A DNA stretch of 63,255 bases, filler included, from Kipferlia bialata (taxonomy: Eukaryota): assembly GCA_003568945.1 (NCBI GenBank). It is 5 parts of 5 records of this genome, joined end to end, with 100 filler letters (N's around TTAATTAATTAA, not from the genome) between each part and the next. Parts side by side here need not be neighbours in the genome. Positions count along the whole stretch, not along the records: positions 1 to 16,718 come from BDIP01000581.1; positions 16,819 to 33,531 come from BDIP01000582.1; 3 more parts are not named here. One strand, given 5' to 3'. The translations under genes were made by a program, and so were the position numbers. Of the stretch, positions 11,888 through 25,189 are shown one piece after another (position 1 is the stretch's first letter; every line of letters starts with the position of its first letter). The notes beneath the pieces are model-generated. The model was not told the DNA's origin, searched no databases, and saw nothing but the letters and a program-made list of their open reading frames with translations.

Positions 11888-14800
11888 TACTTAGTGTTCT
11901 ACAGGTATATAGAGTTACTGAAATAGTGTTGTCAATTGATTAGATATTGTACTTACGATAATATCATATATTGAATTTACTAGGCTATCCTGCACCCCTT
12001 CTCAGCAATGTTCTACAGGTATGAGGGTAGTATGTATATTATGAATTTCCATTTGTATACAGTATAAATAATAATTGCATTATTACCATTGGAGTAATAT
12101 TCTATAGGCATGTCTCCCTTACTACATATTGCTATGCATATTTCAACATATATACTATTCTTGTGTGTGTGTCTGACTCTAGGGAGAGTCTCGTGCCCAA
12201 TCCCCCCCTCAGGGCCAACAACCTGCTCAAGAGCTCTCTCCTGCCAACACCTGGGTGAGTATAACTACTAACTCTAAGCCTAACTGTTCGCAGCTATCCT
12301 CTGTATAGGATCCTAACAACCCAGCTTCCTGCTGTTCTTCTACGGTACTATTCTAGTTCCACGTTTAACCTGAATATGAACCATATAGTACTTACTCTTC
12401 AGCCTCCCTTGTGATTTACGGTGTCCTTGGCAAGTATATTCTCAGTATATGTATACTCGTATATCTGAATACTACTATATATGACTGTTGTTGTATATGT
12501 ATACTAACTCTAGCTTCCCCCTTGCCTTCTGTGGTGTGCTTGGCAAGTGCAGGAGGGAGGGCCACTCACCCTCATGGTCCAACCCAGAAGAAGTTGATAG
12601 GGTGCAGAGAACAGTGCTGACACTTGTCAGGTGTAGTGACTGTATAAACCATATACATGATGTATATTGTATATGTATACACATATATACATACCCTCAT
12701 GGTCCAACCCAGAGGAGGTGGATATTGTGCAGAAGTGTGTACTCACACTTGTGAGGTATACATCATGATTAGTATAGGTGTATATTGTATTGATATATAT
12801 GTATGCACACCCTCATGGTCCAACCCAGAGGAGGTGGATAGGGTGCAGAAGTGTGTACTCACACTTGTGAGGTATTGTTGTCGTATTCAACTATTGTCAT
12901 ATTGAATTGTAGTGTCTCATTGTAGCGATATGGCTGAAACTCATGTCTCTCCATACGTTATTCTCATATATCAGCGAGCACCGTCTGCCCCTCGAGGAGA
13001 TTGCCGTCATCACCCCATACAGGCTGCAGGTGTGTAGGCCCTACAATATAGTAATGCCTATATTATTATATATACATATATATCATATATATAGTCATCA
13101 CCCCATACAGGCTGCAGGTGAGTATTCCCTAGTCAATGAAGTAATGTATGCTCATATTGTTTTTTATTACAGAACTATTAATAGTAGTCATCACACCATA
13201 CATGCTGCAAGGACTGCTACCTCATACATACAGTATATATATCTATATCAAATCAATACTCAACTATACTGGCACTAATTTGTGTCCCGTCACTTATCGC
13301 CAGGCATCCAAGATCAGAAATGCCCTCAGACGCACCTGTGGAGAGGGTGAGTGTACTATATGTATATATACGCATGGTGACATGTACTTAGGCGCACATA
13401 CATATATAGGTTTCTTCATTATATGTATGTGTGGAATGGTGAGTGACATATTATCTTGTACAGTTCCTTTACACCATTTACTTGCATACATTCCTTGAAA
13501 GACTCATTCCTAATCTCAAGGTGTAGCCGTTGGGTCTGTTGAGGCCATGCAGAGATATTCTACACTCTCGAATTATATTACTACTACGTGTGTGTATTTT
13601 TTCTAACTCCTAGGCTCTGTTGAGGCCATGCAGGGCAGAGATATCGGTGCTATAATAGTGATACTATACTACCACAGATATCATATGTATATATATATAT
13701 TTGTATATTTTATTTAAATAGCGATACATTGACAACAGGCGTAGCAGTTGGCTCTGTTGAGGCCATGCAGGGCGGCTGTCTCTATTTATACGTTTTATGT
13801 ATGGATATGATTACTAACAATAGGTGTAGCCGTTGGCTCTGTTGAGGCCATGCAGGGCAGAGATCTCTAGTGATATATTGTACTATATAAATATAATGCT
13901 CTGATGTGTATATTGTAATTGTTCTGATGTGTTTAACATCTAGGCGTAGCAGTTGGCTCTGTGGAGGCCATGCAAGGCAGTGACCTTCTGTAATATACTA
14001 TATATATTCATGTATGTATGGAGTACTGAAGTGTTAACATCAGGTGTGGCTGTAGGCTCTGTTGAGGCCATGCAGGGCAGTGATTTCTTGAAACATACTT
14101 CAATAGAATACTCCTCTATCTCTATACACTCCATGTATATACTTCTGACTTGTATATATATACTAACATCAGGCGTTGCCGTTGGGTCTGTTGAGGCCAT
14201 GCAGGGCAGGGAGTTCGATGCGGTGGTGATATCGACAGTGAGAACACTGGATGCAGAGGACATTCAGACAGACATCAGGTATATACATATACATTGTATA
14301 TGCATCCTACATGTATAGTTATAGTGATATATTCATATATGAATAATATCGACAGTGAGGACGCTGGATGCACAGGACATTCAGACGGACATCAGGTGCA
14401 TAGTATACATACGTTAATTGTTGGCCCCTTTATATTCCAGACGTCCCTTTGGTCACTGTAATCAACTTGTTTTACACTTTCAGATGTCGTGTTCATATGT
14501 AGTATTGTTTGTACTATTTCGACTGACCCAGGCACGTCCTAGGCTTTGTCGCCCACCCCAGACGTCTCAACGTCTCAATCTCAAGGGCTAGAGGGATGGT
14601 GAGTGTTATGCTATAGATACTGTATATACACTATATGAACATGGTGAATATTTAGTTTTGGATGTGTGTATATACACTGTATGGGCAAGGGGCATGGTGA
14701 GTTTGTTTAATTTGTTTATTTGTTTAGTTGTGGTACCTATACGGCAATGTGTACCATTGTTTGGTATCTTCATACATCCAGGTTGTGGTATTCATTAGTG

Positions 14801-15214
14801 TATATTGTATATATATATACATTCTCTTACCCCCAGGTTGTGATTGTGGGCCATGCCGGTGCCCTGGCCACAGACATGTACTGGCTGGCACTGCTGAGGT
14901 TTGATAGTATACTATATTGAGTAATGATAATAGTATATATATATTGGATGTGGTTTACACATGGTATAAGGTAGTGATGCCTTGGTCACAGACATGTACT
15001 GACTGGCTCTGCTGAGGTAGGGTATATATAGATACATAGCTAAAGCTGTATATATATATATATATGCGGATATATGTACACACTGGCACTTCGAGAGATA
15101 GGGTATAGGTGTATACTATATAGATAGAGATATGAATAGTAGTACATTTGTGAATGTGTGTTCTGGCTGGCACTGCTGAGGTATGGTAGTATAGTGAGAA
15201 GAAGTATATATATG

Positions 15215-15245
<31 letters not shown>

Positions 15246-15712
15246 CGATAACAACATCAAATTTCATGTACGTATTTGAGTATTACCCCTCTGACCTCCA
15301 GATACATCAAGGAGCACGGTGGTTGCACAGGGGCATACTCAGCCATAGGTGGGCACACATAGCACTCTCTCTGCCACTTACGTACATCCACTGCATTTAC
15401 ACTGTAGCATACGACATGCACTTACTATCAGACCCCTCCAGTGCCGAGTCCGATGCCGTCAGGGCTGTCAGAGAGACAGTGAGACAGGCACTGAGGAAGA
15501 GGCAGGGGGGGAGAGAGAGTGAGCAGACCCAGGCACTGGACACAAGTGCACTTAAGGGTCTAGAGGGTGTGCTGCAGTGTGTGGAGGAGCCTACTGTTAC
15601 AGAGGAGGAGGAGGGAGAGGGAGAGAGTGAGGGAGAGGAGACAGAGAGTGAGTCTGAATCTGAGTCTGAGGGTAAGGGTGAGCTTGCCGTCAGATTCGAT
15701 GACACGCTCTAA
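873..15712 (+). CDS. MOV10: MOV10/SDE3/Armitage-like SF1 (UPF1-like) RNA helicase with N-terminal C2H2-type zinc fingers; multi-exon, start uncertain
   Basis: Spliced exons give HLEELQQAEDIR|HYDVQ (~5464-5670), GLAESRPSV (~6040), PYLVFGPPG|TGKT Walker A (8715-9195), ILLCATSNAAADHL (9335), ILVDEAA (11025-11045), LGGDPRQLGP (11346), LTDNYRNHPAIL (11769), EGHSPSWSNPEEV (12557), IAVITPYRLQ (13000), VGSVEAMQGRE (14180), RRLNVSISRA (14560). The HLEE..DIRHYD, ESRPSV and EGxSPSxxNPEE motifs are characteristic of the MOV10 clade as I recall it. Acidic tail ends at TAA 15712. Confidence 0.9.
5449..5558 (+). repeat. Perfect 55-bp head-to-tail duplication spanning an exon end and 5' splice site
   Basis: CTCACTCTCTGTGTGCATCTGGAGGAACTCCAACAAGCAGAGGACATCAGGTATT twice (5449-5503, 5504-5558). 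Confidence 0.95.
9380..9895 (+). repeat. Donor-side exon-echo array: real exon end plus five intronic copies of (GAGAGG)CTCATGGCACTGGCNCCAG|GT
   Basis: Copies at ~9380 (real), 9499, 9580, 9673, 9767 and 9867. Confidence 0.95.
13519..14215 (+). repeat. Acceptor-side exon-echo array: six intronic copies of AG|G-GVAVGSVEAMQ(GR) before the real exon
   Basis: Copies at ~13519, 13612, 13737, 13822, 13942 and 14042; real exon starts ~14173. Confidence 0.95.
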
Positions 15713-15768
15713 GTGGGAGGGAGAGAGAGAGGAAGAGAGAGAGAGAGAGAGGGGGGAGAGAAGAGAGA

Positions 15769-15801
<33 letters not shown>

Positions 15802-16667
15802 TCTGTCTTGGCACACTCTGGACTCTAGTGACACACGGACCAATCAAGCTCCATTGGAGGCTGATATGATATCAGTCTTCGCTCGAGGCATATACAGGCC
15901 CCAACAGTAGCCTTGCCCAGTTCAATATGGGGCAAGCCTACTGTTGGCGCCGATTTGCCAATGGGGAGAGGTTTAGTACCAACTCCACAATACATACATG
16001 TGGCGCTATCCATCAGATATATGCCACAGCTACAAGACTATCCACACACACCCTGCCTATCGAATAGGTGCAAGTGCGAGTGTGTGGATAGTTTTCTTTG
16101 ACCTTCAGGCTTCTTTGGACCTGAAGGAACAGAGGTGGGAGTAGTGGCATGTCCGTGATTGGATAGCCCCAAGTGTTTGTGAGTTGTGTATAGGCCGTGG
16201 CAGTACCAGTGTCTGTTTCAGACACTGATACTGATCCACTTCATTTGTTGATTGGTCCGTGTGAGTATTAGTTGTTCAGTGTGAGTTGAGAGAGAGCCTT
16301 TGAAGACTTGTGTGTGACATGTGAGTATATGTTTCACTATGAGTATGATGGGGTTGTGAGTGAGAATCTATCATCGATATAGAAATTTTGTCAAGCTGGT
16401 CGTTCAGCTTTGTGTTGGGGGTGGGGGTTATGTCAGTATTTGTATAGTGCACTAGGCCTAGTATTATGGCTGGCGAACACATACAGAGTCCAATGATCTG
16501 AAACGTTTGAGCGTTTTGGGGGGTCGAATATGTGTTGCTTGAAGGCCATCCTTTGGAGCTCTGCAATGAAAGGTACCCAATACCTATATGTACTGTATCT
16601 CTGTTACGTAGTGGCAATTACCTCTTTGTAATGGGTTTCATTCTAGCTATGTGTCCGAGAGCCATAC

Positions 16668-16718
<51 letters not shown>

Positions 16719-16818
16719 NNNNNNNNNNNNNNNNNNNNNNNNNNNNNNNNNNNNNNNNNNNNTTAATTAATTAANNNNNNNNNNNNNNNNNNNNNNNNNN
16801 NNNNNNNNNNNNNNNNNN
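16719..16818. other. Artificial contig-join spacer (N run + TTAATTAATTAA six-frame stop + N run)
   Basis: Exactly 100 bp; the same design recurs four times in the window. Confidence 0.98.
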
Positions 16819-16926
16819 CGAATGAATCGCGCGAATATGAATGGGATTTTCGAACTAGTTGCCATGTATGGTCCCTACCACTCTACGTGTACCCTGTGTC
16901 CATGCCCCCCCCCCTCTTACACCATG

Positions 16927-19787
16927 CCTCCATGCGCCTGTCTGCCATCGAGGCAGAGACCCAGACGGCCAGACGGGCACACACCCAGGTGGGGATATAC
17001 ATGTATATGTATGTTGATATATTGTCATGCATCTCCATCCAGCCAGCAGGGCACACACTCAGGTGGGTATGTAGATGAGTATGTCTACACTTTCAGAGAA
17101 TCACCCACCACTTGAGAGATGTGTGTCTATCCGTGTAGTAGTCTCCCCTCGATGATCTATCTATGATCTATCTATGATCTATCTATGATCTATATATATG
17201 GTATCTGACCCTAGGCCCTGTCCGAGCTGTCGAGTCTGGAGCCCCAGTTGCAAGGTAACAGCCCTGCCCTGCCTATAGTGTATATGGCCTGTATCCCCCA
17301 CTAGACTGGTTTTGCAAATATGTATATATATGTATGTCTGTCTTTGTATACATATGCCCCCCCCCCCCCTCCCCCTGCCCCCCCAGCAGGCACTGACCGT
17401 CTGACCCGTGCCCAGTCTGACCGGACTGAGGCACAGCACCAGCTCGACAGTGCACACCAGCTGGTGCAGATGGTATGTGTATATATGTATTGGTCCATAT
17501 GTATGCTGGTGTTCTGTACTGCATATACATACAGGTATCAGAGACATGCATATATTTGAAATGAGGTGCACCCATAGTTACTTGCACATGCATGAATCAC
17601 ATATTTACTGACACTCACCTCATCAGATGGAGCCCATGATCAGCCTCCACCAGCTCAAGGACCAGTACAGGAGGTGGGTAGGGGTATATGTGTATACAGT
17701 ATACGTATATGTCTATATGTATGTATATATAAATACATGTAGCAAGGACCAGCACAAGAGGTAGCAGTGGCATGATGAATATGTATATGTATAGCAAGGA
17801 GGTATATATATATATACATATATGTGTATATATATAGCAAGGACCAGTATAAGAGGTGGGTGTGCATGTGTGTGTATATATATATACGCATACACTCTTG
17901 GTTCTATCTATGCCGACTCAATGGATGTGTCAGTACATACCCCCAAGTACATGTATAAGGTGAGTGTCAATGTGTATCTATATACCTGTGACGCCAGGGT
18001 CAAGGCCGAGTATCAGTATATGTGTGTGTATCTCTCTGTGTACATGTATATATATATCTATACCTACACATCTGTCTGTGACGCCAGGGTCAAGGCCGAG
18101 TACGATACCCTCAGACAGGAGGTGGGCCAGGAGGGAGCTGACACAGGGGAGGGCGACACCCAGCAGCTACAGCAGACGGTGCAAGACCTACAGTACACCA
18201 AGGGCAAGACCGACCAGACGGTCGAGGCCCTGCACACTAGCATAAGGTAGGAGAAGTGTGCAGGCTGTCTATATCAGTGTCACCCAGTGGGTACATGGAC
18301 ACTCCATGCATCACCCTATATTCATATTCATCACTCCAGGGAGAAGACGCGTGCCGTGCTGAGGGCCAAGCCTGCCTGTGAGAGACACAACCACCTGGTG
18401 AGGGACGTGATAGTGCACCAGTCGGTGCAGACAGACCTCAGGTGTGTACTGTATGTATATAAATGTAGACATGTGTACATAGAACATACATAGTATATAT
18501 GTACACCAGTCGGTTCATCCAAACCTCAGGTAGTGTGTATGGTATACAATACACACATATGTGCTTCTATACCTGGGTTGATGTATATGTATGCATACAT
18601 GTTACCCACTGACGCCAGGGACCTAGTGGTGCACATAGATGCCGCAGTGATTGAGTTCCACACGGCCAAGATGGAGGAGGTATAGATATATAGATATAGA
18701 TACTGCCAATATAGATACTGCCAAGATGGAGGAGGTGGGTGTTATGTGTAGATATGTATACGTGTGTGTATACATAGGATGAATGATATATATATTGGTA
18801 TAGGTGTAGATACAACGATGGAGGTTTATCCAGAAAGACAATTGGTATACAGATAGACAGGACCATTGATAGACTAGACCCCCATACCCACCTGACCCCC
18901 AGGTCAATGACACGCTGAAGGAGCTGTGGCGCACCACCTACACCGCCACCGACATCCTGTACATATACCTGCACTCATCGGGTGCCACTATGACGGGGAG
19001 GAGGAAGACATACTCCTACTGCCTCATGATGGGAGTGAGATCGCCAGGGGGGGAGATCAAGTCGATTCCTATGAGGGGGAGGTGTGTAGTGCATTCGTAG
19101 CATGCGTACAGTACTATACTCTATGACACACTCCTATCGCCTCCCACACCCCTCCTATGTATTCATACATATACACTCTCCCACCCCACCCCCAGGTGCA
19201 GTGCCGGCCAGCGTGTGATGGCGTCCATCCTAGTGAGGGTTGCCCTGTCTGTCACATTTGGGTCGGAGTGCGCCATGCTGTGTCTCGATGAGCCAACCAC
19301 TAACCTCGATGCAGCTAATGCAGGTAGGGGTGTGTGTGGTGAATACTTCTGATACCCAGACCAGGGTATATGTGTGGATAGTATTAGTATATACACTCCC
19401 ACCCCCAGAGTCCCTGGCCGGTGCCCTCCACAGGCTGATCCAGACCAGACTCAGGAGTGCCGCATTCCAGCTGGTACTAATCACTCACGACAAGAGGTAG
19501 GGTATCTAGTGTCATAGTCACTCCAAAGTGCATAGTCAATGCACGGATACATGCGTGTACACCTACCCATATGTTCATCCGGCATCAGTAACACTCTGTA
19601 TATGTCTGTATACATATGTGTGTATGATTGTGTGTATGATTGTGTGTATTTGTCTACCCCTACCCCCAGGTTCATCCGGCATCTGCAGTGTCACAGGCTG
19701 GGTGTGGACCATGTGTACGAGGTGTCCAAGAGAGAGGGCGGGCACTCTCGCATCACTCGAAGGGACCTGGCCACGCTGGATCTATAA
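16927..19787 (+). CDS. RAD50: DNA repair protein RAD50, C-terminal part (5' truncated by contig start)
   Basis: Coiled-coil exons, then [42 protein letters not shown] (ABC signature), [10 protein letters not shown] (Walker B/D-loop) and FQLVLITHD (H-loop); stop TAA 19787. Confidence 0.95.
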
Positions 19788-21836
19788 GGTTATAGGGCAA
19801 TGAGTGGATATGTAGAGTCATGCCTGGGTACCTATCAGTATACGTGTGGACTCCAGTGGATGCCTTGGTGCATTGTACCGTGTATGGGGTGGGTACTTGC
19901 AGTGGGTTCCCGCCCAAGCCCTTGCCCCCTATACCACCTCCAGTGTCAAGTTACACTAGGGGGCACTGACAGTATGAGACTACTGTCAATGCATGCAGTT
20001 GATTCATGCAGTCCATAGTAATACTGGGATGTCTACTGTTATGTGAACCCAGTGTTACTGACAAACTCATTTGTATTTATGTGTTTATGTATGTTTATGC
20101 ATGGATATCCTGCGCTCTACCGTTACGGGTATGTGTGTAGGGCACACTGTCTACCATTTCATATGCTTCTGGCGGTATCCAGCGGAATAGATTGGACAAT
20201 TCTGTATCAAAGCGGATAGTGTAGCAACACAGAAATACGCGTAGGATCCCCGAGAGAATCCACTCATTGTATTCCAAGATTCACTGACGCCAGGGACTTG
20301 ATCTTCCTCAGAGAGGCTTTGTGCCACAGAGATCCGACAGAGATAGCAGATCCGGCAGAGATCGTAGGACAGCAGCGCTGGGACTTGCCTCATTGCTCTC
20401 CAAACCCTTTGGTATTAGGAGTCCCAATTTGGGACAGTGATTCCGAGAATCTCCGGTTGAGATTATCGTGAAGGAAGGGAGTCCCTGCCGAAGGGACAAC
20501 GGAGAATCGAAGCAAGCAGGCGTGGGATAACCGGAAAATGGTTCTTGCAGTTGCAACTCGCAAGTGACCCTGATTCCTGTCATTATGCGTCACCTGGTTG
20601 GATGCTTGCAGTGCAAGCCTTGCATATTCGGGGACGGTACCCAAAGTGGGAAGTTTTTCCGCTTTCCAACTCTCTGGCAAGCTGGGCAGCAATGAATCCG
20701 GCATAATAGGGAGACCCTGTGATTGGGCCTTACTCAAGATGCTGATCATCATTGATGGTCCGTCACTGACTCAGTCAGTCTGACTCAGTGATCAAGTCAC
20801 CCGTACGACCTGTCTCCCAGTGAGACTCAGAAATGTCGAACCTTTCCTAACCTTCTGCTCACAGTAGGCCCTGAGATATGAGACTCTGATAATCAGAGGA
20901 AAGTGACTACTCGTAGCAAGTTGCTACTAGCATCCATCGTCGCATCATTAGACGCATCATGTCACATGGGTCTCACATGGTCCATTGTGCGACTAGACAA
21001 TTGGTCAGTCACTGAGTCAGTATCTTGACTCCAGTGTCTTGGTTAATATCTCAATCATCTTAGTGACACCATGATATCAGACTATTAGTGATAGGTATTC
21101 ACATGTAGTAGTAATAATGGCAGTGATGGTACACTGTGATACTGGTCATCCTATGTCACTATAGACCACGGATTACCTCTTGAAAGCGTTAAGGGGAGAC
21201 AACAAATGACTCTTGAATCCCTCTTCCAACTTGGGAGTTTCATACGATAGTGGTTCTGTGTCACAACTTGTGCACCCAGCTTGGGTGTCCCATACAATAT
21301 TAAGGAGTTCTAGTGTATACAATGTTACATTGTAACAATGTACGTCTTGAGTTTCCAATACCATTGAGTCTGGTTGTTCAGTCCGGACTCTGACACTGTC
21401 TTATAACCATACAGAAACATATGTCCATACATCGACCCAGCGACACAAGCCAAATACTATCCATCATCTCGTCTATTCACACATTCACACTCCCTAAAGA
21501 GACTATATCTCCATATTACAAAACTCTCGAGCGCTCACTAATAGTGAGTGCCACATACAATATATACATCCACAACTCATACACACCCTGCCACCATTCA
21601 CTCCACCATTCACTCCCCTACACACTACGTATCCACCTGTCCAACCACATGTCTGATAGCATGCCATGGATGTATACACATGCATAAATACACATGTATC
21701 CACCACATGACGCACAAGTGTGTCGGATACGCCCATTCCTATCCTCTCAGTCCCTCAGTCCCCAAGTAAGTGTCAGTGTCAGCCTCTGTTCTCGGTGACA
21801 GGGGTGAATTCACAGACACACACAGGCACCCCCTGT

Positions 21837-24800
21837 CTAGATGAGGCTGGCGGCATAGAGAGAGGCGCCCAGGAGACCAACCCTGACCATAAGAATAGGG
21901 GGAAATTGTGAGATCCTTACGACTACAAAGGACAAGATAGTGTCACTAGCCATTGAGGATACTATCCCATACATACAATACATGTACACACAGTGTGGCA
22001 CCTGTCGTTGAAGATGAGGTATATACAATATACACATCACTCTATATATACCATACACTTAGTAGTGCTGGTACCTGTCGTTGAGGATGACGTAAATATC
22101 AAATGGAGATATATATATATACGTCNNNNNNNNNNNNNNNNNNNNNNNNNNNNNNNNNNNNNNNNNNNNNNNNNNNNNNNNNNNNNNNNNNNNNNNNNNN
22201 NNNNNNNGAATACATGTATTAATACATATTGTGGAACTAGTACCTGTCGTTGAGGATGACGTGGATGGGGATGTTCTCGACCTGGTGCCTCAGCCTGCCA
22301 GCTGGGGGTGAGGGGGGGGGGGGTTAATACACAGTGTGTCAGACTATCCATATAAGAATACACATCGCATAGCATGTGCATGGATGTACCTGTGTACAAA
22401 GTCTATATATTCATGTACCTGTGTGGAATGCCTGCACAAACCCAGTCTCGGGACAGGACAGGAAGTCAAGAAGCCTGGGTCAGGATATGTATTAGGAGGG
22501 ATGATGACATATATCCATACATCTAACCTGGGGCTGATACCCCCTGCCAGGTACAGGCCCTGCTTGGGCAGCACAGTCAGGGCCATGCCCAGAGAGGCAG
22601 CGGCAAACACCCTGGGGTTAGGGTTGAAGATGGGGTAGACACATACATGAGATTTATACGAACTGATGCAGTATATATGCGTGTGTTCCAACCACCTGAT
22701 CGTATACACAAGTATACATATCCATCCACACAACCTGTCCCACCTTATGACAGTATACATACATATATCCCCTTACCCACCCCGCCCCTACCTGACGAAT
22801 GTGTATATATCCACACATATATATACCTGACGAATGTGTGCATGGTGTGCAGGGCCACGGGGTCTGCCTCCCCAACAGGCAGAGGGTGGCAGGCACTGGC
22901 CCTAGCAGCACTGGACACCAGGGGGTTGACGTCCCTACCCTCTGCCTCGGCCTCTGCCACGGCCCCTGCCAGCTGGGGGGAGATGCAGTCGGTGCTGCGG
23001 GCATAGTAGCTCCTGGGGGTCAGAGGCATGGTAAGGCACGGGTATAGTCATACATACATGCAGAGATGGGCACCCAGGGGCACATGCACATCGTGCACAT
23101 ACATACATGTACACCACTATATACATGCACCCCTCACCTGTAGAAGTAGAAGAGGTCTCTAAGGCCGATCCCGGAGGCAATCCTCTCCCACGACACCCTC
23201 TCGAGGGGTACCCCTGTGGGGTGCTCTCTCATGAGCCAGTGGGTGAACTTGAACTCGGGGTCTGAGATGGGGGCGAAGGGGGCATGGCCGCCCTCGGAAG
23301 GGTAGACCGTCCAGCCACTCTCCTGCTGCATGGCATAACCCATGCCCAGGCCTAGTGTCAGTGCATATATACATACATACATACACACACACACACATAT
23401 ATATATATAAATATATACTGATACTGCTGCATGGCATACCCCATGCCCAGGCCTGGGGGTCAGGGTGTGTATGTATATGTATGTATATATATCCATGTAT
23501 CCCCACCTGTGCCTGCCCCCACTATGGCCAGGTCAGAATACCTATGTATATATCTAAAAAGATATATCTATATACATATGCAGCTATCCCCACCTGTGCC
23601 TGCCCCCACTATGGCTATGGGTGCAGAGGGGTCGGATGTGCCCTGGAACAGAGTGGCGATGTCCGTGGTGGAGTTGAGGCCGGGGATGCCGTACCTGCGT
23701 CAGACGCACAGATGCATACACCAGAGAGGGGCCTATATATATATATATATATATGAGTTCGCCAGTTAAAGGGAGTATTAACCATTACAAATAGCGAAAC
23801 TACGTATACACGTGAGCAATGTAATTGATGCACGGCAGGTGACGGTGTTTTACACCCTATGCATATATATACATGAATATCTATACATACCCTATGGCGC
23901 TGAAGTCATTGATGAGCTTGATTCTGTCAGCATCAAGACCCTGGGATAAGGATATATATATATATATATATATAGTGAGGAGGCGGAGCAAGGAAGTATG
24001 GCATCAGTATACATATCAGTGAACACGTTGATATGGAGTCGATATCTCACAGATAATGATAGTTGTGAGAATACAGATCATACCTCGATGCTGTCTGCAA
24101 TCCCCTGGGCAGAGATGTCCCAGCTGTTGTCACCGTTCCTGCAGTAAGACATTGTGTATAGAGACTGATATGATGCAGGTCTAATGACAATATGGTATAT
24201 GCACCAGCTGGTATGCACCAGTGGGTATATTCCATATATACTAATGAATTAATATATATATATATACTGACACATGTACATGCATGCCCCCACCTGTCGT
24301 TTGTGAGCCGGGTGCTGTTGTGGGCGTAATCGATGGGCCCAGCAATGGCCAGACACACGGCCGAGGGCGGGGTGCTCTCCCACCACCCGTCCTCCAGCAC
24401 GTCTAGGGCAGCGGCTGCGTCTGACATGAACTGTCTGAGGACATCGGTGAAGCAGCCCTCTCCCGTGGGGTAGTCCTGACATTTAGGGTGTAGAGAGAGA
24501 GAGAGAGAGAAGTAGTCCTGACAGTCAGGGGGGGGGGGGTAGCCACACACATACCCACGGAGGAGCAATAATACAATTAGGACAGAGCCATACTGCGACA
24601 GAGAATAACGATACATGACAGAGATGCACTATACATATAGTATCGAATGACACACGTATGTCATACGTATGTAAATCCATCCATCACTTATCTATCTGTA
24701 TATGTACTGAGACCAGCGACATGAAGCGTAAGGGTCGTATCCGCTCCCCGTTTACCAGCGACCAGTGAAGAGTGGCATCAAGTGCACTCACCTTGTCGAA

Positions 24801-24908
24801 CAGTGACACGGTGGACTTCTTGTCGCCATCAACCACCTCACTGAGGGCAAAGCGAGCATTGGTACCACCCACATCACCAGCCAGCACAAGAACAGAGGGG
24901 ATGGGCAT
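21837..24908 (-). CDS. glk: Glucokinase, bacterial Glk type (PF02685-like), about 10 introns
   Basis: LAGDVGGTNARFAL (24860-24890), CLAIAGPI, LINDFSAIG|YGI, GAG|TGLGMG, PSEGGHAPFAP, SWERIASGIGL, GLYLAGGISPR and terminal GLLGAS. Confidence 0.93.
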
Positions 24909-25189
24909 GTTAGGATACAGATGCTCGTGCAAGAGAACAAGCAGTCATCATGATTGGATGATTAGATTTAATAGATCTAAACCCTTCATTCAAAAATCAT
25001 ATCTGAGTCTCGAGACAGGGCATGACTGATGCTTGTCTTGGAGGACTCCGTCACATATATATTACTGGGAGGTCTGTCTGTTGGAGAGATACAAGCCACC
25101 TTTCTCACTTCGTGGGTCTTATTCCCCATTGTGCCTGCATAGAGTCGTTGTTCCTGAGGGGATAGGGGCCGTCCCTCTGTGACCTCGCC

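Noticed and set aside
13519..14215. Repeat-spacer pattern resembling a CRISPR array
   Set aside because: The repeats are copies of the adjacent exon start, the spacers are AT-rich intron filler of variable length, no cas genes are present, and the context is eukaryotic
8700..14600. Calling the helicase UPF1
   Set aside because: It lacks the UPF1 CH-domain pattern and carries MOV10-type HLEE..DIRHYD, ESRPSV and EGxSPS motifs
16763..16774. TTAATTAATTAA palindrome as a biological motif
   Set aside because: It sits in the middle of identical 100-bp N spacers four times, so it is an artificial six-frame-stop linker
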